Shown piece by piece: positions 34,922 to 44,802 of a stretch of DNA of 64,000 nucleotides. Made by a program: the position numbers and the translations under genes. Under the pieces are notes generated by a model. The model was not told the DNA's origin, made no database searches, and saw only the letters and a program-made list of their open reading frames with translations. Source of the stretch: a virus (lineage: Duplodnaviria > Caudoviricetes); IMG/VR virus record IMGVR_UViG_3300021431_000076, positions 192,001-256,000 of that record. One strand, 5' to 3'. Positions within the stretch are counted from its first letter, which is position 1; each line of letters begins with the position of its first letter.

Positions 34922-34936
34922 TATACTATATCAATG
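34922..34936 (+). promoter_or_regulatory. early-type promoter
   Basis: tatactat-atcaat-G followed by a 5' hairpin agtttggag/ctccaaact. Confidence 0.7.
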
Positions 34937-34999
34937 ATAGTTTGGAGAGTAATCTCCAAACTGAGATTTAAAAAATTTAGTAAAGGGGAATGTTTTTTT

Positions 35000-37900
35000 A
35001 TGTTTAACAACATGTATGGGCAAACTCAGGTCCAACAACCTGTACAGCAACAACCATTCCAAATGCCACAAATTGCATCATTAGAACAGGAAATGCAGGA
35101 ACAAATGAGAGTTAAATGCACTCCTCATATGTATGTAGTGAATAATCCCAAAGTACAACTTCAAGAACCTGTATTAGAATACAACTATGGAGATGGAAGA
35201 GATTATGTTAGTGCAGTTCCAGATATTTCAAATCCTGCATTTAACCAAGAGATAGCTAATGCTGGAGGATTGGAAAATGTCATTAAGAAATATCCATATC
35301 AACAACTTAAGATTGATGATAACGGAAAGCTGGCACCAGTTGAACAAAATCTGGGATATGATCCTACAATTACTAATGCTTATCATGTTATGTATCATTC
35401 TAATCTTAATAAGCAAAAGCAACAAGAAGAACAAAGAAAAAAGCAAGCTATGGAAGATATAGCTCCTGGATCTACTACTCCTAACATCTTTGTTCCTCAT
35501 TATAATAGACCTGGTGCTATTGCTAAGAAGTTGGTTGATATTGATGATGTAGCTAATCATAAGGAGGAAGAAATGTACGGTCCAAGTTTGTTTAGCTTAG
35601 TTGATATGGGAGATAAACCAGAAGAACTCTATGGATATGAAAAGATAGAGCAAGCATATCATATGGAGCCTGAAAATAAAGTAGCAGATTATAGAGTACT
35701 TCAAGAAAGCAATGTTGTATATAATCCTGCTCAACAAGAAACCTATATGATTGATAACAATCGTATACCTGAATTTATAGATATATCTAATCCTACCAAT
35801 GTAGTATTCAAACATCCAAATCCAGATTATAACAAAGCTCCTCAACAAGTTCAACAGCAGCAATTCCAACAAGCAAATCCAGGATATAGCTATTATGGTC
35901 AACAGCCAATGATTCAGTATCCTCAGGCTAATCAAGTAGGAACAGGATATAGCTATGATAGTGGAATGAATCCTAATATCTTTGGCTGGAATAGAAATGA
36001 TCAAGCAGCTCCGTTTGGTTCTATCCCTACAGCAGATCCTGGTTTAGCAAATCTCTTACTCAGTGTATTCAATCCTGCTACTGGTAAAGATGAATGGGTT
36101 CAATCTGGAGGACAACCACAGCAATCTAATATGGTTAATTTCAGTGATATGAACTCTGCTAAGGGTAAGATTACAAACAATGCTGTCGCTAATAACATGA
36201 GAAATCCAAATATTCAATATGGAGGTAACAATGTAAATTCGTATAATCCTTATCAAGCAAGAAACAATAGTCTATGGTTTAATACTCAAAGCACATATAA
36301 CAATGGATTCTATAGTTCTGGATATTATGGAGGAGGATCTGCAACTCCAGGAAAAAATCCTATTCAACAAACTTTTGCTCATTTAACAGATTTCGACTAT
36401 AAACATGGTCTAGGTATCAAAGTAGCAGTAAGAAATACTGGAAAGAAGGTAGAGACTAAAAGAGAAAGAGATCTTAGAAAGTTTGGTCATACTCCAGAAC
36501 CAAAGAGAAAGCTTACTTATCTTGAAAAGTTAACCCAAGTACCAACAGTTAGAGTTTATACGTTTAAGAATGAAGAACCTGAAAAGAAAGATGAGATTTT
36601 CTGGGATAAGAATAGTATGCAGAAGTATACTGAAGCTATGAAGAAAGCTATAGAACTTAAAGCAACTGATGAAGAAGCTAAGATGATGCAAGATCATCCT
36701 ATGAAATTGTCTGAAGATGATAAGAAGATGGCTGAACAGATTGCAGATCATATGGAGGAATGGGATGAAGTATATGCTACATTGATTAGAATGTATGGTT
36801 CTGATGAAGCAACTGAACACCCTGCTTTGAATTGGATGAGTCAAGAGCATTTCTATGTATTTATGAGACTTGCTAGAGGTAGAATTAAGTGGCTGCAAAA
36901 AATGGATATAATTGACAAGTCTAAGAATTATCATAGAGATTATAGATATCTTCAAATTCCATTGTATAATGTTAATCCTAATGATCCTAATGATCGAAAG
37001 TACATGTATAGAGAAGAAGAGGATGATTATTTTGAATTGAGAGAGGTTGATAAGAATGGTAATATCTATCATGTAGTAGACCATGGTGAGGATATTCCAG
37101 ATGATGTAAGACGAGCATTTATGGATGATATGAATACACAGATCAAATATCGTGTAGAAGCTATGCGTATCTATGAGAAGTCTATGTGGTTAATCAAAGA
37201 AAGAGAAGGGAAGAAATTAAATGATCAAGCTAATAATGATAAAGATTCTAAACGTAGTAATTCAGTATGCGGTTACGAGATTGACGGGTCTAATTACGGA
37301 AAAGATAAGACAGAAGAGAATAGCTCATTCAATAGCATGAATTATAATTATATGAGCTATGGTGCTCGTATGTATTATGAGAAACAAGAACAACAGCGTA
37401 GAGAACATCAGAAGATGGTGGATAATCAAAAGATGGTCTTTAGAAAAGCTTTTGGAAGTTCTATGACAGAGAAACAATTTAATGATTTCTGGTATGGTCC
37501 TCAGAATAATCCAGATAATCAATTGGATCCTGTATGGAAAAGACAACAAGAGCTTGCTGCTGTAACAAGAGCTAATATTGCTACTCTGTATAAAGCTCGA
37601 CCTTATCCTGAGAATTCTGAAGAGATACTTAATAAGTTTGAAATTAAGAGACTTAGAGAGATGGATAAGGGATGTATGGAAGGAGTAACAGATCTTAAAG
37701 AGTATTTCGATAACTTTGGTTATTTGGTGAACTTGTGTGAGATGGATGATTCTAGACAAAAGCAAAAAGAGAAAGGCAGTATTATATATAGACTAAATCA
37801 AAAGCTTAAAACAAATTTGGGATTTGTAAAAGAGAATATGGATAAAGTTGTAGATGTGGCTAAAGAAGCTCTTGGTATAGATCAATCTATATTAAAGAAG

Positions 37901-38074
37901 GTTACAGAAGATTGCTTCAATTGTCTTAGTTCAGATGAGGATGGAAACTCCTATATAGATCTAACTAAAGATGAAAATTGGAATGCAAATCGTAAAACTT
38001 TCATAGAGAAATGCTGTCGTGGTGATCAAGATCCTATAAGAGTTAGATATACTCCATTACCATTCCCAATGTAA
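35000..38074 (+). CDS. large early protein with Q/N/Y/P-rich low-complexity N-terminal half
   Basis: AAAGGGGA RBS favours ATG 35000; no recognised domain. Confidence 0.7.
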   Translation: MFNNMYGQTQVQQPVQQQPFQMPQIASLEQEMQEQMRVKCTPHMYVVNNPKVQLQEPVLEYNYGDGRDYVSAVPDISNPAFNQEIANAGGLENVIKKYPYQQLKIDDNGKLAPVEQNLGYDPTITNAYHVMYHSNLNKQKQQEEQRKKQAMEDIAPGSTTPNIFVPHYNRPGAIAKKLVDIDDVANHKEEEMYGPSLFSLVDMGDKPEELYGYEKIEQAYHMEPENKVADYRVLQESNVVYNPAQQETYMIDNNRIPEFIDISNPTNVVFKHPNPDYNKAPQQVQQQQFQQANPGYSYYGQQPMIQYPQANQVGTGYSYDSGMNPNIFGWNRNDQAAPFGSIPTADPGLANLLLSVFNPATGKDEWVQSGGQPQQSNMVNFSDMNSAKGKITNNAVANNMRNPNIQYGGNNVNSYNPYQARNNSLWFNTQSTYNNGFYSSGYYGGGSATPGKNPIQQTFAHLTDFDYKHGLGIKVAVRNTGKKVETKRERDLRKFGHTPEPKRKLTYLEKLTQVPTVRVYTFKNEEPEKKDEIFWDKNSMQKYTEAMKKAIELKATDEEAKMMQDHPMKLSEDDKKMAEQIADHMEEWDEVYATLIRMYGSDEATEHPALNWMSQEHFYVFMRLARGRIKWLQKMDIIDKSKNYHRDYRYLQIPLYNVNPNDPNDRKYMYREEEDDYFELREVDKNGNIYHVVDHGEDIPDDVRRAFMDDMNTQIKYRVEAMRIYEKSMWLIKEREGKKLNDQANNDKDSKRSNSVCGYEIDGSNYGKDKTEENSSFNSMNYNYMSYGARMYYEKQEQQRREHQKMVDNQKMVFRKAFGSSMTEKQFNDFWYGPQNNPDNQLDPVWKRQQELAAVTRANIATLYKARPYPENSEEILNKFEIKRLREMDKGCMEGVTDLKEYFDNFGYLVNLCEMDDSRQKQKEKGSIIYRLNQKLKTNLGFVKENMDKVVDVAKEALGIDQSILKKVTEDCFNCLSSDEDGNSYIDLTKDENWNANRKTFIEKCCRGDQDPIRVRYTPLPFPM

Positions 38075-38116
38075 TTCATAGAGAGGAGAAATCCTCTCTA
38101 TGAAAATCAAGGTGAT

Positions 38117-40246
38117 ATGATGAATACTAAAAGATTAGAGAATCTGGATTTCATAATGAGATTTCAATCTGATCAAACTATAGGGAAGTTCTTAAAACCG
38201 TTCTCTATTCAAGATTGGATTGCAATTCAAAGACCTCCTATAGAGTGCTATGTTCCTCAGGTAGGTCTAGATAATCTTAGAGCTCTTGTAAATGATCCTG
38301 TTTGGATGAATAAAACTGCTAAGAAAAAGAAAGAAGCTAGAAAAATACTAAAACAGTTTGGTCTGACTCAGATAGCAGCTGGAACCAATAGAATGTGTTT
38401 TGGTTGTGAGTATGACCCTGGGATAGTATTTAAGCTAGGACTTGATAGAGTTGGAAGGAGTGATAACATTGCAGAGTATTATAATCAATATTTCTTAAAT
38501 GGATTTGGAGCTAAGATTATACATGTGCTTCCAGATGGAATACTTGGTATGTGTGAAAGAGTTCAGACTATGGATCAAGCAACATATGCAGAGTATTCTG
38601 ATATAATCTATAGACTTATAACACATTGGGCAGTAAATGATAATGTGTTGATTGAAGATATAGGTTGTAACTTCTTTAAGAATTGGGGAGTAAGATTAGG
38701 TTTTGGTCCAGTACTATTAGACTATCCTTATGTGTATAAAGTCAGTCCATTCAAATTAGTTTGTCATAGAAAAGACCCTATGACACAACAAGAATGTATG
38801 GGACATATTGATTATGACCCAGGATTAAATCAAATTGTATGTGATAGATGTGGTGTTAGATATGGTATATCTGATATTGCAGATATGGGCATAGAGGAAT
38901 TAGTGAAGAAAGCAATTAGCTTGAAAGGAAAGGTGTTATCAATGGCTTTGGTAAATACGAATGTGAAGGTTAGCATTAAGAGAGGTAATAAGATCGTAAA
39001 CAGATTCTATAGTGAATCTGATAATAAGTTAGATAAGGATAAGATTATAGGTGGTAAGATTGTTACTTCTAAGAAGATTGATAATCTTCCTAAGGATTTA
39101 CAAGATGGAGCTAAGAAGCTTTCTCAAAGCTTGATTAAAGATAATAATCAAGCTAAGGAGAATAAAACTGAAGAGAAAAAGGAGAAACATTATCACTTCT
39201 ATCCTAGAGCAGTCAAGAATGATATAATCTACTTCCTTAAGAGAATAGAAAGAATTCATGGTGCAGATATGGCTCTTGAATTGGCTGATCGTTTACAGAT
39301 AAAGTATAATGTGATGAATTATGAACAAGACAAGCAGGAAGAAGTACCCAGCAAAGAAGAGAAAACGGAAGATATCAAAGCAGAAGAGCATAGTGAAACC
39401 AAACAAGAAGAAAAAGTTGAAACCAAAGAAGAGACTATAGAAGAGGAACCTGTAGTTATTGGAGGAAACAAAGAAGCTACAGTATCTGATGATGGCACTA
39501 AAGAAACCGATAAACCTAAAGATGGTTTGTTTGTTGCTAGAGCTTTGACTGCTGCTGAAATTGAGGCTATGAATCAAGCTAATAGTAAAGAAAATGCTAT
39601 AATGGGTTTTCCTGGTGAACCTTTAGTAGATACTATGAAGTTTAAAGAACTCATGCCTCGTATTCAGGAACTTGTATTAAAGAAGTTTGATAACTTTGCT
39701 ATGGCTACTCAAGATATAGACGATATCTGCAATGATCTGTCTATGAAGATCAAAGACTATATCTATGAAGATGTGAAATCTATTATGCAGGGTGATGTAG
39801 AAGCTCTAAAAGTAGATGTAGTAAAGACAGTAGATACCAGAAACAAAGACTGCTATTCTGTTAAAGCAGATAATAGAGGTACTGAGTTGTTTGATATTCT
39901 TCTCTATCCTAAATCTGATGAAGATGAAGCATCTGATGGTGAATACAAGTATGATGAACTCATTGCAGATGAAGATAAGCTGAATGCATTCTTTGATAAG
40001 ACTTTAGAAGATATGGGTATTACTTCATTAGGAAAGACTATAGATGGTTATACAGATATCAATGAAGCAAAGAATGATATGATCGGTCTCTTGTTTGCTG
40101 CTCTTATGGATACTAGAGATAAGAATATCAACTATGGGCTGCAACATAATCCTGCTATGGAAGCAGCAAAGAAGTATGTTGAAGAGAACTATAAGTTCAA
40201 AACAGAAAAAGTAGAAACCGAAGCTACAGTAGCAGATGAATTGTAA
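38117..40246 (+). CDS. protein-kinase-like N-terminal domain plus acidic C-terminal region
   Basis: IAAGTNRMCF (Gly loop), IVFKL (Lys), NIAE, EDIGCNFFKNWG (catalytic loop), LLDY (Mg loop), then a Cys-rich segment (C..CDRC). Confidence 0.6.
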   Translation: MMNTKRLENLDFIMRFQSDQTIGKFLKPFSIQDWIAIQRPPIECYVPQVGLDNLRALVNDPVWMNKTAKKKKEARKILKQFGLTQIAAGTNRMCFGCEYDPGIVFKLGLDRVGRSDNIAEYYNQYFLNGFGAKIIHVLPDGILGMCERVQTMDQATYAEYSDIIYRLITHWAVNDNVLIEDIGCNFFKNWGVRLGFGPVLLDYPYVYKVSPFKLVCHRKDPMTQQECMGHIDYDPGLNQIVCDRCGVRYGISDIADMGIEELVKKAISLKGKVLSMALVNTNVKVSIKRGNKIVNRFYSESDNKLDKDKIIGGKIVTSKKIDNLPKDLQDGAKKLSQSLIKDNNQAKENKTEEKKEKHYHFYPRAVKNDIIYFLKRIERIHGADMALELADRLQIKYNVMNYEQDKQEEVPSKEEKTEDIKAEEHSETKQEEKVETKEETIEEEPVVIGGNKEATVSDDGTKETDKPKDGLFVARALTAAEIEAMNQANSKENAIMGFPGEPLVDTMKFKELMPRIQELVLKKFDNFAMATQDIDDICNDLSMKIKDYIYEDVKSIMQGDVEALKVDVVKTVDTRNKDCYSVKADNRGTELFDILLYPKSDEDEASDGEYKYDELIADEDKLNAFFDKTLEDMGITSLGKTIDGYTDINEAKNDMIGLLFAALMDTRDKNINYGLQHNPAMEAAKKYVEENYKFKTEKVETEATVADEL

Positions 40247-40307
40247 GAACTGAAGGACTGCTCCACATTATAGTGGAGCAGTCTAATTATTCAAGAGGTG
40301 ATAACTT

Positions 40308-41081
40308 ATGAATGTACCAACTCAATATCCACCAGTAATGGATGGATTATTATATGCTACCATAGATATGGGAGCAGTTAAAGATGCATTACAAAGAGGA
40401 TGGATAGTTGCCATGGTATCTGAAACTATGCCAGTACAACATCCTAATTGTGGATCTCTATCTATGCTTTTACCACCATTTCCTGTATTAGAAGCATATT
40501 CTAATCAACAACCCCAAATGGCTAGAGCTATATATTTAGAGTATCTGAATTCTATAGAACTAGATCAAACTATATCTAAAGTTTTAGGATGTCTTAGAAA
40601 CTTTAAGAGAGTTCTGTTATATATAGAACCAGATCCTAATAAAGAGTTTCATATATTAGATACCATAGCAGAGTTCATGCTTAATGTATTTGGTCTTAGA
40701 ATAGGCATGTATAATCATCCTGATATGCCTGCTGGTATCTTTGCTAGTCCTATGACTAACTTCAATATAGCAGATTGTCTGTTTAGAAATGGTGCTATAT
40801 CTAAAGAAGAGTATGCATTTATGATTCCTCCAGAATGTGTTCCTTCTAATGCATCCTGTGCTCTTCTGTTACAATCTATAAACTTTGGTATGGGTAGTAT
40901 AGAAGAAGTATTAAAAGTAACTTGTCAGTTATTACACGAGATAAGACAAACTGTTACTACAGGAAGACAGTCTCCTGTAATGATAATAAATGACAAAGAT
41001 ATTGCTCAACAAAAAGCACAGATAGATTCTATAGTGCAGAACTCTAAGACTATCTATGGCGATCAAGATAAACCAATATGA
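40308..41081 (+). CDS. hypothetical protein, DUF488-like pattern
   Basis: LSMLLPP...AIYLEYL...RVLLY; similar to the 43478 protein. Confidence 0.45.
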   Translation: MNVPTQYPPVMDGLLYATIDMGAVKDALQRGWIVAMVSETMPVQHPNCGSLSMLLPPFPVLEAYSNQQPQMARAIYLEYLNSIELDQTISKVLGCLRNFKRVLLYIEPDPNKEFHILDTIAEFMLNVFGLRIGMYNHPDMPAGIFASPMTNFNIADCLFRNGAISKEEYAFMIPPECVPSNASCALLLQSINFGMGSIEEVLKVTCQLLHEIRQTVTTGRQSPVMIINDKDIAQQKAQIDSIVQNSKTIYGDQDKPI

Positions 41082-41127
41082 TAAAAAGGAGTGCCAAAAA
41101 TGACACTCCTAAAAAATTAAATAAGCA

Positions 41128-41142
41128 TATATTATAGAACTG
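41128..41142 (+). promoter_or_regulatory. early-type promoter
   Basis: tatattat-agaact-G. Confidence 0.7.
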
Positions 41143-41179
41143 TAGATTAATCTATCATGTAAAAAGGAGAAATGTAGAC

Positions 41180-41968
41180 ATGAAAAAATTCGAAGAATTC
41201 AACAGTGGTAATGTTACTGAGGTTAAGAGTGCGATAAATAACGGTCGTGCTTTAATCATCACGTATTGCAACTGCAGCAAAAAGACCTGCATCAAACCTG
41301 AAATTGTAGAGAAGGAAGATATATATTCTCTCTACGATCATAAGTCTTTGATTATCGTTCGGGTCGAAGACAGCATCCGTGTTTGCCAGCTCAAGAAGTT
41401 CTACAATAGAGACGGTAATTATATTGTTATTGTGGAACATGTTGGTCGTAATATGATTTTAGATCAGCTGATAGATGCCGGTATCGGAGAAGGTTCACCG
41501 ATCTATGAACAGGCTGAAGCTGTCTTTGATAAAGCGGTAGACTTTGAAAAGCAAATCGAAGAAGCCAATAAAAAGGAGGAGGACGAAGAAGAATTTTCCG
41601 ATGATGTCTTTGATATCTTAAATGGAAAAGTAAAGAATAAGAACAAAAACAGTGATGGCGATATGCAAAGTCCTCTGGATCTGCTTGCCAAACTGTTGGC
41701 TGTTGGCGCTGCTAGTAAAGCAATCAAAACAACAGTAGATCCTGAAAATTATAAGTGGAAGCTGTTCAAAGATTTGGAAGAAAAACTTGGCAGAATGCCT
41801 ACTTTTGAGGAATTTGTCAATTCCGATCCGAATCTTTCCACAGAGGAAAAAGAAAAATTGGTAAATGAACACAAGGATAGAGAGGCCATTGGAGATTCCT
41901 TCCAGGGATTAATGGCCAAGATGTTGGAATCACTTGAAAAAGACTTGGAGAAAATGAATAAGAGATAA
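41180..41968 (+). CDS. early hypothetical protein
   Basis: AAGGAG RBS; own promoter and terminator (about 41994-42025). Confidence 0.7.
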   Translation: MKKFEEFNSGNVTEVKSAINNGRALIITYCNCSKKTCIKPEIVEKEDIYSLYDHKSLIIVRVEDSIRVCQLKKFYNRDGNYIVIVEHVGRNMILDQLIDAGIGEGSPIYEQAEAVFDKAVDFEKQIEEANKKEEDEEEFSDDVFDILNGKVKNKNKNSDGDMQSPLDLLAKLLAVGAASKAIKTTVDPENYKWKLFKDLEEKLGRMPTFEEFVNSDPNLSTEEKEKLVNEHKDREAIGDSFQGLMAKMLESLEKDLEKMNKR

Positions 41969-42078
41969 GACAATCGTTAGATTGTCATAAATGAAAGGAT
42001 GCTCTCTATGAGCATCCTTTTTTTATTTTTAGAAACAGACCTTTGTATTTAAGAAAAAGACTTAAGGAGACGATTATT

Positions 42079-42906
42079 ATGGCATCAGAAGTATTATTTT
42101 CCAAACCCGTTTATGACTACAATAAACCTTTATTAGAAAAGATTAAGACATATGAACTTAAAACAAAAGTAAACAAAATAACAATTCCTCAAGAAAATAT
42201 ATTTGCATACTATAATGATGAAGAGCATCCTATACTAATAACATATCTTCCTGATTATAATAACTATAGAATTGGTTATGAGATGGAAATAGATGATGAT
42301 ACAGAAACTATTACATTATCTTACATAGATAAGAAGTTTAATTATGTATTCTGCCCTACAGAAAAAGACTTTGCTAAACTTAACTTATTCTTTAACAAAG
42401 TATCTTCTGGAATTAAAGAACTTCATGATCTTAGAAATAAAAGAGTATATTCTACTAGTGCTATAAGAGCTTTCTATGTAGATAAGTCTATGTGGATCAA
42501 CAATAATGGTTTCTATGATATATATGTAGATATATTCATTTCTGGTACTGATAAAACATTTGGATTATATAGAAAATTCTTAGGGATGAACAATAGACAA
42601 CTGTTCTATCTTGTGGATGAGTTAGATGACGTTGATAAAATGCTTATGAAAAATCATCTCTTAAGAATATATCCTAGTGATAAACTTGGAATGAATGTAT
42701 ATAATAAGGAAATTGTCTTGGATGCGTCGGCAGTATTCTTATATGAGATAGGTCAATTCAGAAAAGACAATACAGCTTATAATAAAATTAAAGAAGAATA
42801 TTTAGATGATGTGCACAATTCAGTAGATGCTGAACAGCAACAATCATTTGATTTTCTCGTTGCTGAAGAAGCCAATAAAGATGCGGATTCAGACATTCCA
42901 TTTTAA
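42079..42906 (+). CDS. protein with SSB-like acidic C-terminal tail (...DADSDIPF)
   Basis: AAGGAG RBS favours ATG 42079; late-type AACA-gacctt-TG at 42034-42045; C-terminus mimics bacterial SSB DDDIPF. Confidence 0.55.
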   Translation: MASEVLFSKPVYDYNKPLLEKIKTYELKTKVNKITIPQENIFAYYNDEEHPILITYLPDYNNYRIGYEMEIDDDTETITLSYIDKKFNYVFCPTEKDFAKLNLFFNKVSSGIKELHDLRNKRVYSTSAIRAFYVDKSMWINNNGFYDIYVDIFISGTDKTFGLYRKFLGMNNRQLFYLVDELDDVDKMLMKNHLLRIYPSDKLGMNVYNKEIVLDASAVFLYEIGQFRKDNTAYNKIKEEYLDDVHNSVDAEQQQSFDFLVAEEANKDADSDIPF

Positions 42907-42918
42907 GGAGGATTCTCT

Positions 42919-43218
42919 ATGACTATTGAAGAAGCACTAAATATTTTATGTAAAAAATCGTATCTTGTAGATAAATCAAATAATGATAATATAGTTCCGC
43001 TAGATCAATTCTATGGAGTAGATTGTACAGCTGATGATACCTATATTATATTTGATTGTGATATAAAGGATGGTGTACCAGATATATATAGACTTCTTCC
43101 ACCAATAGAAACAGAAACTATGGGTTTAAATGTAGAAAAAGTTACAGATTCATGTGAATATGAATCAGTATATTGGCGTTACACCACATTAGAAAAAGAG
43201 ACTAATTCTCAAAAGTAA
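42919..43218 (+). CDS. hypothetical protein
   Basis: AAGGAGG RBS. Confidence 0.65.
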   Translation: MTIEEALNILCKKSYLVDKSNNDNIVPLDQFYGVDCTADDTYIIFDCDIKDGVPDIYRLLPPIETETMGLNVEKVTDSCEYESVYWRYTTLEKETNSQK

Positions 43219-43233
43219 ACTAAAAAATAGATA

Positions 43234-43248
43234 TATACTATATAAGTG
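43234..43248 (+). promoter_or_regulatory. early-type promoter
   Basis: tatactat-ataagt-G. Confidence 0.7.
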
Positions 43249-43445
43249 TAGAAACAGGTATTAGTTAGTCAAACCTCCGCATGATAGGTTAAATTATGCA
43301 CAAATATACAAAAATACATGAGTATTGAAAATACACCGATTGGCTAATACCTGCGACTACATTGAGCTTGTTGCTCTGGTTGAGGAATACTTATACAGAA
43401 ATAACTATAGGACGAGTCCCTCTAGGCTCGTCCTATAAGTTATTC
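43248..43445 (+). ncRNA. putative pseudoknot-containing ncRNA or structured leader (~200 nt)
   Basis: 16-bp closing stem with 3 G-U pairs (43255-43270 / 43338-43353) enclosing an H-type pseudoknot; long 3' stem 43400-43444. Confidence 0.6.
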
Positions 43446-43477
43446 GAATTCACAAAATTTTTTAGAAAGGTGATAAT

Positions 43478-44008
43478 ATGAAACTTACGTTTATTGATGT
43501 AACTGGTAAGCCTGAACTTGTAGAATGGGTTCAGAATAAGGAAACTGGTGGTAAAGCTTCCATATTCAGATTCTATGCTTTAGAAATGTTAGGCACTCCA
43601 TTAAAAGCATTGATGCCATTGGCTGATACTATGATGTATCTCAATCCAACAATAGATGGAGATGAAAACTCTAGGATATTTGATGAGAAGTATGCAGATC
43701 AATTATCCAATTTCCCAGCAACCAAGTTTGATCTAGCAGTTCTACTGGAACAACTTCAGTTAAAGGATGAAGTATATGTAGTATGTAACTATACTCATCC
43801 TACAGTAGGTCCTATTGTAGATAGTCTCTCTAAGTATATCCAACAGAAATATACTTTTCAAGGTATATATCTGGTAAATGATCTTGAAGATATTGATGAA
43901 TTTGCCACATCTGAATTTGATACAGATGAAGGATATGCTGCCTTTGTCAAAGATGTTGAGTGGATGACTGGTCAAAGAGATGAAATGGCAACAGCTCTTA
44001 AGAAGTGA
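43478..44008 (+). CDS. hypothetical protein, DUF488-like pattern
   Basis: LKALMP...FDEKYADQL...LAVLLEQL...EVYVVC; AAGGTGA RBS. Confidence 0.5.
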   Translation: MKLTFIDVTGKPELVEWVQNKETGGKASIFRFYALEMLGTPLKALMPLADTMMYLNPTIDGDENSRIFDEKYADQLSNFPATKFDLAVLLEQLQLKDEVYVVCNYTHPTVGPIVDSLSKYIQQKYTFQGIYLVNDLEDIDEFATSEFDTDEGYAAFVKDVEWMTGQRDEMATALKK

Positions 44009-44013
44009 TTTAG

Positions 44014-44790
44014 ATGTTATATGAGAGAACACTGTATTCAGCTCCATATCAATATCTAATCAATAGGAATATACAAGAGTATGATATATCCAAAGCAAAT
44101 ATATCTATATTACTAGATATAGGATATATTACTAAAGAAGAATACGATTATCTGTATAGACTTCCCAAACAACAAAGAGAAGTCAAAGTTGGTTGGAAGA
44201 TGAGAAGTGATCAGAATATGATAAAAGCATTAAATTATGGTTTCATAGAAGCAAGGAAGACGTTCTTTGAGTTAAATGAGATCAATGATATGAATGTATT
44301 GTATATTGATAAAGATTCTATCACATTGATAGATACTAATATCAAAACTACAAAAGTATCTGATCATGTAGAATTTATCCCAAAAAGTAGATATACTAGT
44401 TTATACCGATTGGGTCAAGTTCATTTTCTATATCTTAATGACAACACATACAGATTTAAGTATGTAAATCAAGAGATGCTAGAATCTTACCATTCTGGAT
44501 TCTTTATAGACTTTCTATTGTTCATAGCAGAAGAAGCTCAAACTAATTCTGCTAATGAATGTATTGGTTATGTCAGAAGCTTCTATAACCAATATGTATC
44601 TAGAACTTTGGATATAAGATACTATAGGGAATTCAATCAGATGTGTAAGTATAAGATTCTCAACAGTGGTTATTATTTAGCTATTGATAATCCTAGTGCT
44701 ATAGAGATAGTGGATATATCCTATAATGCTAGGATTATTCAGGATATATACAAATCATTAGCTAATGAGTATTTCAAAGGTGTTAAATAG
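44014..44790 (+). CDS. small family-B DNA polymerase palm-like protein
   Basis: EYDISKANISIL (motif A-like) and LYIDKDSI (motif C-like); no exonuclease domain. Confidence 0.5.
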   Translation: MLYERTLYSAPYQYLINRNIQEYDISKANISILLDIGYITKEEYDYLYRLPKQQREVKVGWKMRSDQNMIKALNYGFIEARKTFFELNEINDMNVLYIDKDSITLIDTNIKTTKVSDHVEFIPKSRYTSLYRLGQVHFLYLNDNTYRFKYVNQEMLESYHSGFFIDFLLFIAEEAQTNSANECIGYVRSFYNQYVSRTLDIRYYREFNQMCKYKILNSGYYLAIDNPSAIEIVDISYNARIIQDIYKSLANEYFKGVK

Positions 44791-44802
44791 GAGGAATTCA
44801 AA

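Noticed and set aside
43248-44790. Retron or diversity-generating retroelement
   Set aside because: No reverse transcriptase (no YxDD context) and no template/variable repeat pair seen in the window
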